Assembly: GCF_006345805.1 (NCBI RefSeq)
Contig: NC_043010.1
Location: 25,296,001 to 25,360,000, forward strand
Reading direction: 5' to 3'
Source of the DNA: Octopus sinensis
Taxonomy: Eukaryota
DNA length: 64,000 nucleotides
The position numbers and the translations under genes were made by a program. Under the pieces are notes generated by a model, which was given only the letters and a program-made list of their open reading frames with translations, searched no databases and had not been told where the DNA came from. Positions within the stretch are counted from its first letter, which is position 1. Every line of letters begins with the position of its first letter. Of this stretch, positions 49,896 through 61,066 are shown in pieces.

Positions 49896-50225
49896 CTTAG
49901 ATCAGGAAGGCCATCAAAGACAATGGACAGCACCTCTCTCTTTCTTTCTTCCTATCTCTTAGACCAAGGAGGTCATTAAGAGCTATGGACAGGATGTTTC
50001 TCATTTTCTCTCTCTCTTAAACCAAGGAGGCCATCATCAAAAGTTATGACCACCACCCTTCTCTTTCTCTCTCTCTCTTTCCATTTCTTTTCCTTTCTCT
50101 TAGGCCAAGGAGACCATTAAAAGCTATAGACAGGACCGTTCTTGTGTTCTCTCTCTCTCTTTCTCCTTTAGCCCAAAGAGGCCATCATCAAGAGCTATGA
50201 ACAGCACCTTTCTCTCTCTTGTTCT
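49896..50225. repeat. Five ~35-nt conserved motifs separated by variable CT-rich spacers
   Basis: cttag(a/g)ccaaggaggccatc(atc)aagagctatggacag at ~49896, 49958, 50016, 50099 and 50167. Confidence 0.8.
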
Positions 50226-50562
50226 GTCTTAATCCTCTTGCATCCTTCAAAGAATAAAGAACTATATCATGGAGGCAATGACCAAGACATTTGGCATTAT
50301 GTTGTGCTTGAGAAGAAGACTCATCAAGCTGAGCAAAATCACAGTTGTGGCAGATACTTGTGTCATACAAATGGCACCCATGCTGGTGGCATGTAAAAGC
50401 ACCCATTACACTCTCAGGGCATCCAGCTGTAGAAAACTATGCCAAATCAGACTAGAGTCTCCTACAGCCTTCCAGCTTACTAGCCCTGGTCAAACCATCC
50501 AACCCTTGCCAGCATGGATAACAGACATTAAATGATGATGATGATATCTATTTGTATCTTAC

Positions 50563-50662
50563 GGTTCTTTTCAGCTTCCTCTTTCTCAAGTCTTTTTGCA
50601 TCTCCTGGGTTTGTTGGACGACCCATATTATCTCGACCAATGATTTTGCCATGGAAAGGACA
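50563..50662 (-). CDS. UVSSA: UVSSA exon (CPFHGKIIGRDNMGRPTNPGDAKRLEKEEAEKN)
   Basis: ttcag| and |gtaaga, 100 nt, phase 0/1. Resembles human CPFHGKIVPRDDEGRPLDPED. Confidence 0.95.
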
Positions 50663-51552
50663 CTGAAACACATTAAATAAATAAAAAATATAAAATTAAA
50701 TTAAATCCAAAATTAAACTCAGTGAATTAGTTTCATTTTAAAACATGTTTAAGGGTGGTAGATTTACAGAATTGTTTGATCATCAGACAAAATACTTTGT
50801 GGTATTTAGTTACACATCTTTACATTCTGATTTCAAATCCTGCCAAGGTCAACTTTGCTTCTTATCCTTCTGAAGGTCAATAAACTAAGTACTAGTGAAG
50901 TACAAGGTTCAGTATAATCAATTATACCTGTGCTTCTCATAAGAGGGGACTTGTGAGGATTGGAAAGTGGGGCTCACAAAATGCTTTGGGTAATAAAAGT
51001 AAGATGCTTCTTTATAGCTGTAATTCTGAAAAAGCAAGGGTCTAGTTTTTAACTATTGAAATAAACATAAACCTGTTATGATATGTGATTCCCCTTGACA
51101 AACATTCACTGAGAATGAGTAACTAAACATTAATAGGTGTTATTTCTGTATGTATTTTACTTTCAAATAACTTGCTTATATTGTAACTTCCAACTTTCTA
51201 AATATGTCTCATCCCACACCATGATGAAGAAAAAAGAGTTATACACATGCAAAACTCCATTCTTTTCTTCAGTTCTTTCATTAATAATAAGGAAACATGA
51301 TGATTAAAAATAGTTAATAAAATAGTCACTTACTTTAGCATTCAGATAACTCAGTCAAATGTAATACTTATTTATTCACATGAGATTTCATTGATGTGAT
51401 TGTATATTTTTAGGATGACATTGTAGGGTAGGTGTGAAAGGCTAGATCTGGCCAGTTTAAACATAAAACAGGTAGAATATTTGGGCTGGATATGGCCAGT
51501 ATAAATACTAAAGGTTTAATAAAAAGGAAACACAAACAGATATATTTACACC

Positions 51553-51824
51553 CAGTGGCAGACTGGGTCTAAAAATATTGGTTGCCAGGAGACTAAGGGG
51601 GCCCACCCGCAACTACAATGCTATCATTTAATTTTTTTCTTTTTGTTAAAAGTATTCTTTTCAACTGTCTACAAACACAGCCAGGCTGAAATAATTAATA
51701 CATTCTTCCAGGAGTGAATAAAAAATTATAAAACTTGAGGGGATAGGCCCCCATATAGGGACTCTAATGGTGCAGGGATCCCCCTGCCATCGGGCAAGCT
51801 AGCAACCTGGCCAGTCTGCCACTG
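51553..51824. mobile_element. hAT-type MITE
   Basis: Perfect 14-bp TIRs cagtggcagactgg / ccagtctgccactg; 8-bp TSD tttacacc / cttacacc. Confidence 0.85.
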
Positions 51825-52174
51825 CTTACACCCACATACATATATAAATGCACACACATATTCTTTCAGTTTCCATTCACAAGGCTTTGGTTAGCTTAAG
51901 GCTATAGTCAAAGACACATACTGAAGAAGATAAACAGTAGGACTGAAACCAAAACCATATGATTGAGAGGCAAACTTCTTAACTACACAGCCATGCCTGC
52001 ACCTGAGAAATAAACCTATTATGATATGTGGCTTGCCTTGACAAACATTCCCCTCAGAATTGATGGGCTTGTCAGAAACAAGCACCAGGTTTTGTTAAGG
52101 TGGACAGGTAGGTAGACAAAATGAGATATATTAGTATGCAGACTGATAAAATGAGGTAAAGAATAGTTCCTGAC

Positions 52175-52297
52175 CTTTATGCGATCCATTCGTTTGCAAA
52201 GAGTACCATTTGGCATTGGTGCACGACATTGCCATTGCACAGGTTCAAACGTACCAGTAAATGTGAATGATCGATTTTTAATTAAAGCTATTTCTTG
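52175..52297 (-). CDS. UVSSA: UVSSA exon, zinc-finger region ([41 protein letters not shown])
   Basis: ctgcag| and |gtcagg, 123 nt, phase 0/0. Resembles human [33 protein letters not shown]. Confidence 0.95.
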
Positions 52298-52356
52298 CTG
52301 CAGAGACAAGAAGAGAAACAGTATATATAGACATATATAATCATACACAGTATAAC

Positions 52357-52410
<54 letters not shown>

Positions 52411-52563
52411 ATGATGATGAGGGAAAAGAGAAGAGCAACGATGACTAACAATAATGTTTTCTAATTTCAATAATAATGATTAATCACATCAATAATGATC
52501 ACAAACATTAATTCTAACTTTGATAATGAGTTATTATTATTACTATCATTATTATTATTATTG

Positions 52564-53065
52564 AGTGAGAGAGCAGTGCATGCCATCAAAGTGACACTGG
52601 GGTAAAATATACAAAGCCCAGTATACCCATCATAAGGGTACACCAGGCACATGCATTACAACCATATGCGCGCGATATGGTGATCTCATATCAAGATAAA
52701 CAGCACATGACGTTGCAGGTGGGGCCAAGTTAGAATTTTCTTCTGGTCGAGTAGCCCATCCCGCTCAAAGGATTAAGGATGTTTCCAAAGGTGAATTATC
52801 CAAACCTCTAAGAATTCCTTTCAACACACGGCTATGATGCTCCCCCACTACTTCTGCTCATGATCAGAGATGCACATATCGTCAGCCACTAAGGGACATG
52901 CTCAACTGGTTACGGTCAAATAACTGACAAGCAAATCTGTAGTATTGAGCAGAATATTTGCTGTAGCCCATCTTTTATACCAAGACAAAACAATGTACAT
53001 AATAACACTTCCAATCAGTTAAGATCAGAAGCCATGAGAGCCGCTGTCTGGTACTGCATCAGGGC

Positions 53066-53068
<3 letters not shown>
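52564..53068. mobile_element. Unclassified repeat (same family as 18290-18905), flanked by (ATT)n on both sides
   Basis: Colinear similarity to 18290-18830. Confidence 0.7.
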
Positions 53069-53106
<38 letters not shown>

Positions 53107-53108
<2 letters not shown>

Positions 53109-56100
53109 TTTTTTTTTTTCTTCTTTCAAATTTGCTTCCATTTCTTGCCGAGTGTCTTCCCGACTCCTAGGGCAAAGAAACTCATAGTATACATTGGTAG
53201 GCCATTAAACCAAACTCAGTAGTTCGTTCATTTTTTAAAAAATTAAAATACATGAGCAGCAACAGTTCTCACATCGACAATGCTCTTCTCAATACGTGTG
53301 ATGTACCAGTTAAGACAATCTTTTGCACTTCTTGCAGGGATGGTAAGCCAGGGATCATTCTCATATAATTTTCGGTTCCCTTCTTGATCATTCCTAGTTC
53401 TCCTACGATCACTGGTATTGTAACCGCCTTGAGATGCCACATTTTCTCAATTTCAATGAGTAGGTCTTTATATTTTCTGAGCTTGTCAAACTCTTTCGCT
53501 GAGATATTATGATCACAGGGGATGCTCATGTCGATCAATAAGCAAACTTTATTGTTTTGGTCTTTCACAACAATATCTGGTTTATTGGCCTTGATGGTTC
53601 GGTCTGTATGTACTGGAAAGTCCCACAGAATAGTTACATTTTCTCCTTCAGTTACAGACTCAGGGTGGTGATTATACCACTTGTCGGCAGTTTTGATATT
53701 GTAATGCCGACTTATTAGCCAGTGGAGATATTGGCCAACTCTGTCATGTCTTAATTTATATTCCACTGGTGCTAAGACTTTACATCCAGAGATTAGGTGG
53801 TCCACTGTTTCAATCATGTCGTTGCAGAATCGGCATTTTGGGTCTGCTCCATTTTTCATCACATTGGCCTGGTAGTTCCGGGTTAATAGGCTTTGATCTT
53901 GAGCAGCCAGGATGAAACCTTCGCTCTCTGCTTTTAGCCCTGAGCTCCATAGCCACTGATGGGTTTGCTTCTGGTCAACATCAGCTTGTTTGCTGCGGGT
54001 CACATATTTTCCGTGCAGAGGTTTCTCCTCCCACCTATCAGCCAATTGCTCGTGCGCTTTCTTTATTGCCATCATTTTCACCTTCTTTGCAACAATAGTT
54101 GCCGTACTTCCCTCGGGTTGTTCAGTTTGGGTATCCTGCACGAGATCAATAGCAAATATTTTGCTTTTCCTTAATGAAGCTTCTTTCCTCTCTCGTGATT
54201 TTCCACGAGCTTTAGCATCCAGTCATTCGATATTTCGAGATATTTGGCCAGTCCAATTGTGGTTGTTTTGTAAGCTAGTTCAAATTGGATCAGGCCTCGA
54301 CCTCCTTGGGCTCTGGGAAGGTAAAGGCAATCTACGTCTGCCTTTGGGTGGTGCATCCTATTACAACTCAGCAGCTTGCGTATTTTTCTATCTATATTCT
54401 TTACTTCACTCATATTCCAGTTCAACACATTGTAGATATAAGTAACAACTGGAACTGCTAAGGAATTTATAGCTAACACCTTGTTACGTGCATTTAGTTC
54501 AGATTTCAGGACTGCACGAACTCTCCTATAACATTCCTTCCTGATTTTCTCTTTCATGCTAGCATGCTGAATACCAGAGCCTTCATTTATCCCTAAATAT
54601 TTGTATGTTTGTTCTTGCTCAAGCTCACTTATGACTGTGTCAACATCTAACACGACTGAATTTGTGGTCTTCACTTTCCCTTTCTGGAAAGTGGCCTTAG
54701 CACACTTCTCAAGTCCAAACTCCATCCCGATGTCATCACTGAATGCTTTCACGGTGCGCAATAGGCCTTAAAAAAGTTCATTATTGTCTTAACCATAAAG
54801 TTTTAAGTCATCCATATAAAATAGATGGCTTATTTTTTTATTGGCAATTTTATACCCATACCCTGTTCTGTTTAATTCACTTGTAAGGGGTATTAGGGCT
54901 ATGCAGAATATTAAAGGTGAAAGTGAGTCACCTTGAAAAATTCCACAGTTGATGTTTATATTTTCTGAGGCAAGTACTCCATTAGAGTGGTATAATTGGA
55001 GATTCGTATTCCACAACGACATATTGTGCTTCAGGAAGTTTGAAATCACAGGGGAAATTTTGAAGATGTCCAGCGATCTCAAGATCCATGGATGCGGTAT
55101 ACTGTCGAAGGCCTTTTTGTAGTCAATCCATGTGGTGCTGAGATTTCTGCGCTTGTTGTGACAGTTCTCAAGGATCATACGATTGATTAGCAGTTGATCT
55201 TTGCATCCGTAAGAGCCTCGGCGGCACCCTTTTTGTTCAATGGGGAAAATATTGTTCTTTTCCATGAATGCATATGTTTTCTCCGCCAGGATAGATGTTA
55301 GGATTTTATACGTGGTGGATAGACAGGTTATAGGCCGATAGTTTTTTGGAAGGTTGGTTTCATTATTCTTTGGGAGTAGGTAAGTAATGCCACTTGCTAA
55401 CCATTCAGGCGTTTTCTTTGGGTCTCTCATAATTCCATTGAGCAGCTGAACTAGCTTACCGTGTGCGCATGGGAGCGATGCGAGCCAGAAATTCGGCCCC
55501 CTATCTTTACCGGGGGATTTCCAATTATGGGCCTTCGTGAGTGCCTTTCTTAGGTCTGCTATTGTGATGTCTTCCCATGCTTGTTGTTGTAAATTTCGGT
55601 AGGATCCTTCAGTTTGTATAATCCAGTCTGCATTTATGTTGTACGTCTTCTTGTCACTCCAAATCCTTTTCCAAAAGTTTTGAACTTCTTCCATGGGAGG
55701 GGGTTCTTTAACGGTTACTTTCTCCTTCCCTATTTCTCTGTAGAATTTTTTGGCATTGGATGTGAACAGCTTATTTTGCTTGTAAAACTTGTTTCTCTTC
55801 TCAAATCTTCGTATTCTTTGGGCTTTTGCTTGGACTTTTTGTTTCAGCGTTTCTTTTATTGATATCAGTTCTTCTCTTGGTGAGGATCCAAATTTTCTCT
55901 TCATCTTTCTTCCTGTTCTGGATCTTACATCATTTCCACATATTAGTTCATTTAATATTGATATTTCCCCTCTCATAATTCAATCTCTTTTTCAATTTTA
56001 CTTCTCCAGGTTTGATTTCTTCCCAGGTTTTGTTTTCTTTGTCTTTTCGGGGGCATACAGCTGGTTTCAATTGCCCTAGCAGAAGCGTAAATAATTTCAT

Positions 56101-57062
56101 TTAACTCAGTAAAATCAGGTTTTAATTCTCGTATTATTTCATTTGTTACATAGTTGCCAATTTGGATTTGTTTTTTATTTTGGTTTGTATTTGAGAGTTT
56201 ATGAAGTGGTTCTCTATCATTCATACTTGTATGTCTTACAACTTCAAGCGTATTCAGGATTTTCTGCCTCATTTCTGCCATAGACTCTCTGTGTTCTTCA
56301 GCAAATGCGAGATCTTCAGTTACTGTTGTTTTTTCGTTTTCCTGGCTATCTTTAACAGGTACAATAGAATTTCTTGTATCTTCAGGCCTTTGCATACTTT
56401 GGTCAGATGGCAGTCTTTCAATTAAGCCTCGTGGCGGGCTATACTGTTCATCTGATTCTTCATTTCCTTTGTGTCTTATATTTATGTCATTTTCCGTTGC
56501 GTGCTTGATCGCGCTTATTTCACTGTCTGTGAGTCTGTTATTTCTAAGGATATCCCTCCTCACATTTGCTAATTTGTTCTCGTCCAAATAGGGCCTACTG
56601 TCTTGATTCCGTGTTCTCCATATACTGTAAGAGTTTGCGGTGTGTCTCTCTTCAGATGGCCTACCTAATGCATAGTAATAAGCGTATATTACTTCTTTAT
56701 ACTCTTCTCGGGTCCATTTGTTCCGCTTACATTTTTCTTTCTGTGGTGGTTGTGGTGGTGAACTTGGAGGGCTCGAGTTGGGGGATTTCCCGTTCAAGTG
56801 ACCATCCATGTCCGAATTCGGAGAAGAGTTTGTGCCAGTTGATGACTTTTCGATCCCAGGCTGGCTCTTCCCTGGGGGACGCGCTTCCAGATTAACCATA
56901 GGACAAGCGATTTGGTATACTGATTTAGTTTTCCTTTTAGTTTCCAAAAACATTTTGGTGCTACGATAATGTTATCATTTTTTAGCTTTGATTGGCTCGT
57001 GGGGAGACGGCCATCATTGCCGTTACAATTATAATCGTACCATTATAGCAGCCGTAGTCGGC
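53107..57062 (-). mobile_element. Full-length R4/Dong-like non-LTR retrotransposon inserted in a (TAA)n microsatellite
   Basis: N-terminal KWTREEYKEVIYAYY, RT (PGKD, YRPITCL, GIFQGDSLSP, YMDD), CCHC region (CRFC..H..C, RHD), RLE (KPD...D); poly(A) at 53107-53119; (TAA)n on both flanks. Confidence 0.92.
53269..56953 (-). pseudogene. R4/Dong ORF broken by frameshifts (~55975, ~54170) and two in-frame stops (54791-54789, 54770-54768)
   Basis: Four ORF-track segments are colinear pieces of a single RT-RLE protein. Confidence 0.88.
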
Positions 57063-57124
57063 TTATTATTGTTATTATCATCACCATTACCATCACTATC
57101 ATCATTATCACCACCATTATCATT

Positions 57125-57175
<51 letters not shown>

Positions 57176-57183
57176 TTTATTTT

Positions 57184-57237
<54 letters not shown>
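57063..57237. repeat. (TTA)n followed head-to-head by (TAA)n
   Basis: Orientation switch near 57184. Confidence 0.9.
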
Positions 57238-57238
<1 letters not shown>

Positions 57239-57319
57239 TCATGAAAAATATCACCTTTATTTTACTGGATATGATGGAAAGTGTCAGCTGTCCACAGCCA
57301 ACAGACTAAGGTGACACTT

Positions 57320-57515
57320 GTTTTCTGATCATGCTTCAAGAACCCTGCAGAGTACTTTTACAGTTGTTCTATCTTTACATTCATTTCAATCTTTTGGAGC
57401 CATGTTGGCAGTTGGGTGCTGATACTTCCAAGTGCACTAACCACTATTGGTATCACATCTACTTTCTTCATTGCCCATAACCTGCATATTTCCCATATTC
57501 TTCAATTCATCACAG
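57320..57515 (-). mobile_element. Old RLE-type non-LTR 3' remnant
   Basis: LWAMKKVDVIPIVVSALGSIS.....LQKI in one frame, with stops. Confidence 0.55.
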
Positions 57516-58195
57516 TTGTTTATTTTTTACTTCTTTCTACTGTAGGCACAAAGTGTTAAATTTGGGGTGAATAGGTGGTTGATGATTACATTGACCTCCA
57601 GTACTCAATCATTGCTACATGTACTTCCCCATATCAACATGGACTAGACGGGTCCCTTCCACTTGTTGCATTCCTTTGTCATCTCCTCTATGACATTCAG
57701 TATCCTGGGATCAGCTTTCACAATTTCTACACAAGTCTTCTTTGATATTCCTCCACCACAGTTTCCTTCTACAGGCAAGTCCTGGCACTGTCTTAGTTAA
57801 ATGTCACCATCCATAATGCTTTACATGTCCCTATCATTATAGACATCACACTTGCACACTACCTCTGATTCCTCTTATGCTCAGTTTTTTTTCTTCATCT
57901 TATTTCATCTGTGCCTTATCATTTAAAAACATTAATATTACACATCCAATGAATTATCTATACTTTGTTCCCTTCCACACTTTACACAGCCTTTGCATTA
58001 ATAATGTTGATAATAATGATTTTCAAATTGAATTGTAATGATTGTTGATTTTAATAAAAATAATTTCTTACATTGATAATAACAATTTCTTACATTAGCA
58101 AACTTTAAAAGTATGTATTCATATACACCCTAAGATAGGTGCAACAACAATAATAACATGCAAAGAAGATAAAAAATAGGATAAAATATACAAAC

Positions 58196-58253
58196 TTGAG
58201 AGGATGAAGTTTCTGCTTGCTGTGGTACCCAAAACCGATGTAGAGAGTCATTC
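58196..58253 (-). CDS. UVSSA: UVSSA exon (K-NDSLHRFWVPQQAETSSSQ)
   Basis: ttgtag| and |gtttgt, 58 nt, phase 2/0. Resembles human KSDSQHRFWKP. Confidence 0.88.
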
Positions 58254-58423
58254 CTACAATAATAAAACCAGGGAAAATGTTTCAAATTAACATCTTGTAG
58301 TTATATATACAAAGGCACTCACATGTGCGTGTGTGTGTGAGTGTATGTATCTGTGTATACAACCTTCATGCAAAACTGCATTAGATCATCATCACATCTC
58401 CCACTGATCATTTGGTAGCTATA

Positions 58424-58966
58424 AGAAGTCTGATCAAAAAGTATCAGAACTGTGGTTATGGTAAAGGAGCTAAAGCACGCAGAGTGAAGCCGCTTGGCAT
58501 CTGTCACACATGCACATCAAGGTATAATACTCTCACTCACTTCTGTTGTTTATAGCAATGCCTGGAAGTAAAGTGTGTAGAGTGTGGTTGTCTGAAAAAT
58601 AAGATCAGGCTTCAGCTTTACGGGATCTCCATGACTATATCGAGGAAGGTGAAAACATTTTGAAAATGATCATAATAGGCAATGGATTGTGGGTCTATGG
58701 CTATGACTCCAAAGCCAAGGCTCAGTCTTCACACTGGAAAACTCCAAGATTTCAAGACATAGAGGAACTCTAAAAGAATGCAGCAAGGCAGCTGCTCACT
58801 ATCTCAAAAAGAGAGTTCCAGGATTGCTTCCATCGGTGGAAACAACATTGGATAAAATGTGTGGCTTCAGAAGGGGTCCACTTTTAAGTAAATTAAATGC
58901 CAAATCGATATGTGTTGTGGTTTACTTTTTTACCACCATAACCACTACTTTTTGATCAGAACTTGT
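58424..58966 (+). mobile_element. Internally deleted mariner element
   Basis: TIR pair gtctgatcaaaaagta...ggttatgg / ccataaccactactttttgatcaga; fragments WVYGYDS...SSHW and FQDCFHRWKQHWIKCVASEG. Confidence 0.75.
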
Positions 58967-60051
58967 GTTGATGTAATGTATGATTGAGATGTAAACTCCA
59001 TGAGCCACATAATTTATTACCTGTCCAGGAAGAAATTGAATTAACTGATACAGAGACCCATTATTCCTCCTTACACAAGTAGGCCTCCCCAGCTCTCAGT
59101 GCCTGTAGCAATAAAATGCAATACAGTATACTCTGTAACTTAGTTGGTGACAGAAAGGGCATCTAGACACAGAAACTATGCCAAAATTGGAAGTATGAGC
59201 AAGATGTGAACACAGCAAACCTCATCACAGGTTATCCATCTAGGAGGAATGCAACTACAAATAAGAACTGACAAGGAATAGAGAGGACTTGTACATATAA
59301 TTATTTCAAATTTTGGCTTAAGGTCAGTAATTTTAAATTATTTGACAGATTATTTTATAAACGTTGAAGGGATGGAAGACAAAGTTGACTTCGACAGGAC
59401 TTGAACTGAGAATGTCACAAAAGTTGGAGAAGGTTTTCAATCTTTATCTTTTATCTTTTATTTGTTTTAGAATGCAGTCATACTGGAGCACCACCTTGAA
59501 GAGGTTTTAGTTGAATGAGTCAACCCCAGTACTGTTTTTTTTTAAAGCCTGGTACTTATTCTATTGATCTCTGTTGCTGAACTGCTATAGGGACATAAAC
59601 ATACCAATACCAGTTGTCAAGCAATGGTGGGGGACAAAGACACAAAGATACGCACATACACACATGCATGCATACAATACAATGGGCTTCTTTCAGTTTT
59701 TGTCAACTAAATCCTCTCACAAGACTTTAGTTGGCCTGAGGCTATAGCAGAAGACACCTACCAAAGGTGCCATGCATTGAGACTGAACCTGGAACCATGT
59801 GGTTGGGAAACATACAGCCACACCTGTACCTAAAACATGAAATGTTTCACGAATTTGCATGTCATCCTTTCACAAGGGCCATGCTAATCTCTGTATCATT
59901 CCAATTTAAATACTGCCAAAGCAATATATATAAATTTTCGATACAAAAAGAAAGTTTATTCTATCAATGATGATTTGGAGAAAATAGGTATCAGAGAGAA
60001 GTTTGTAAAACAACAAACATTTCACATGAAATAGAAATGAAAACTACTTAC

Positions 60052-60231
60052 TTTACAGCAGCAGGAGCTTCTATTTTGTCAGGATTTTCCCAGAATGCTA
60101 AGTCTGGACCAAAAGGGATAAATGGTGCTTGCTGGAGCAGACGTTCCTTTCTCTCGTTCAATTGCTTTTCAGCATTGGATTGGGATGGCATGATACTCAC
60201 AGAGCTTCCAATGTCTGAACTAGTTGATGGC
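60052..60231 (-). CDS. UVSSA: UVSSA exon (PSTSSDIGSSVSIMPSQSNAEKQLNERKERLLQQAPFIPFGPDLAFWENPDKIEAPAAV); upstream exons lie beyond the window
   Basis: ttttag| and |gtaagt, 180 nt, phase 2/2. Resembles human ERAPVVPYGVDLHYWGQE. Confidence 0.9.
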
Positions 60232-60487
60232 CTAAAAAATTAATTTTATATGCATGTGAATGAATGAATGCATATGTAAGCAATATGTGAATATCTCCGC
60301 TTGCACTTTGGGGGTGCAAGTTGGTGCAATCACTTTCCGTTGCTTTTATATCCAGACTCTACCAGTCAAAGAAACACAAAACGCAGACGTAAAAAATAGA
60401 TATACTTTATTGTTTTATACCGGTGAGAAATCAGTGGTATATCTGATGTCCTTGGTTCTGGGCGCGCAAGGCTGAAAGTTAATCGAT

Positions 60488-60851
60488 TGTAATATTTACA
60501 ATGTTCAGCCGCCAAAAACAGAACAGGTCAAAAATGGCATCTGGGTGAAGAAGATGATTTGACTGCAACAATTCAGGTTAAAAGTCTTCGGCCAAAAGAC
60601 TGCTGCTATCAAAACCGGAGAGAGAGCGAATTAAACGTCTGCTTCGATGAAAAGGCTGCCGCTGTCTGTCTGACGCTAATGGTCAACGCTTTACGCTCCC
60701 TTGCCTCTTTGTTAAGGCTCACGCTCCCTTGCTAAGGCCACGTCAGCAAGGCCACGTCAGCTAAGGCCACGTCAGCAAAATTCCCTCTTTCGGACTTCAT
60801 GTATTCGCGAGAGGGCGTTGCACGCGCGCGCTGTTGTATAGGGTGACTACA
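60488..60851 (-). mobile_element. 3' LTR (364 bp) of the Gypsy element
   Basis: Minus strand TGTAGT...ATTACA, immediately preceded by the polypurine tract TGGAGGGGAG(CTT). Confidence 0.8.
60738..60774 (-). promoter_or_regulatory. Three tandem TGACGTGG (bZIP CRE/UPRE-like) motifs in the LTR U3 region
   Basis: ccacgtca at 60738, 60752 and 60767; function not shown. Confidence 0.45.
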
Positions 60852-61066
60852 AAGCTCCCCTCCAGTGCCTAAGCGCGAACAACAATTCCTTGTAGTGACC
60901 ATAAAACTCAAGGTGGACACCAGATAACCAAAAATAGCACACAATATAATACATTAAACAGCAAAAAAAAAAAAAAATTCACCTTAAAGGTAAAAAGAGA
61001 AAAAATACTCAAAATGAGCAAAGTTCAATGAGTACTGAACTGTCACTGGGAAGTCAATTGAAAATG

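Noticed and set aside
49896-50225. CRISPR array
   Set aside because: Eukaryotic intron, degenerate repeats, low-complexity spacers of unequal length and no cas genes; kept only as a repeat-origin finding.
52293-52297. Alternative acceptor (CAG|CAAG|) for the UVSSA zinc-finger exon
   Set aside because: The upstream exon ends in phase 0, so only the 52297 start keeps the frame.
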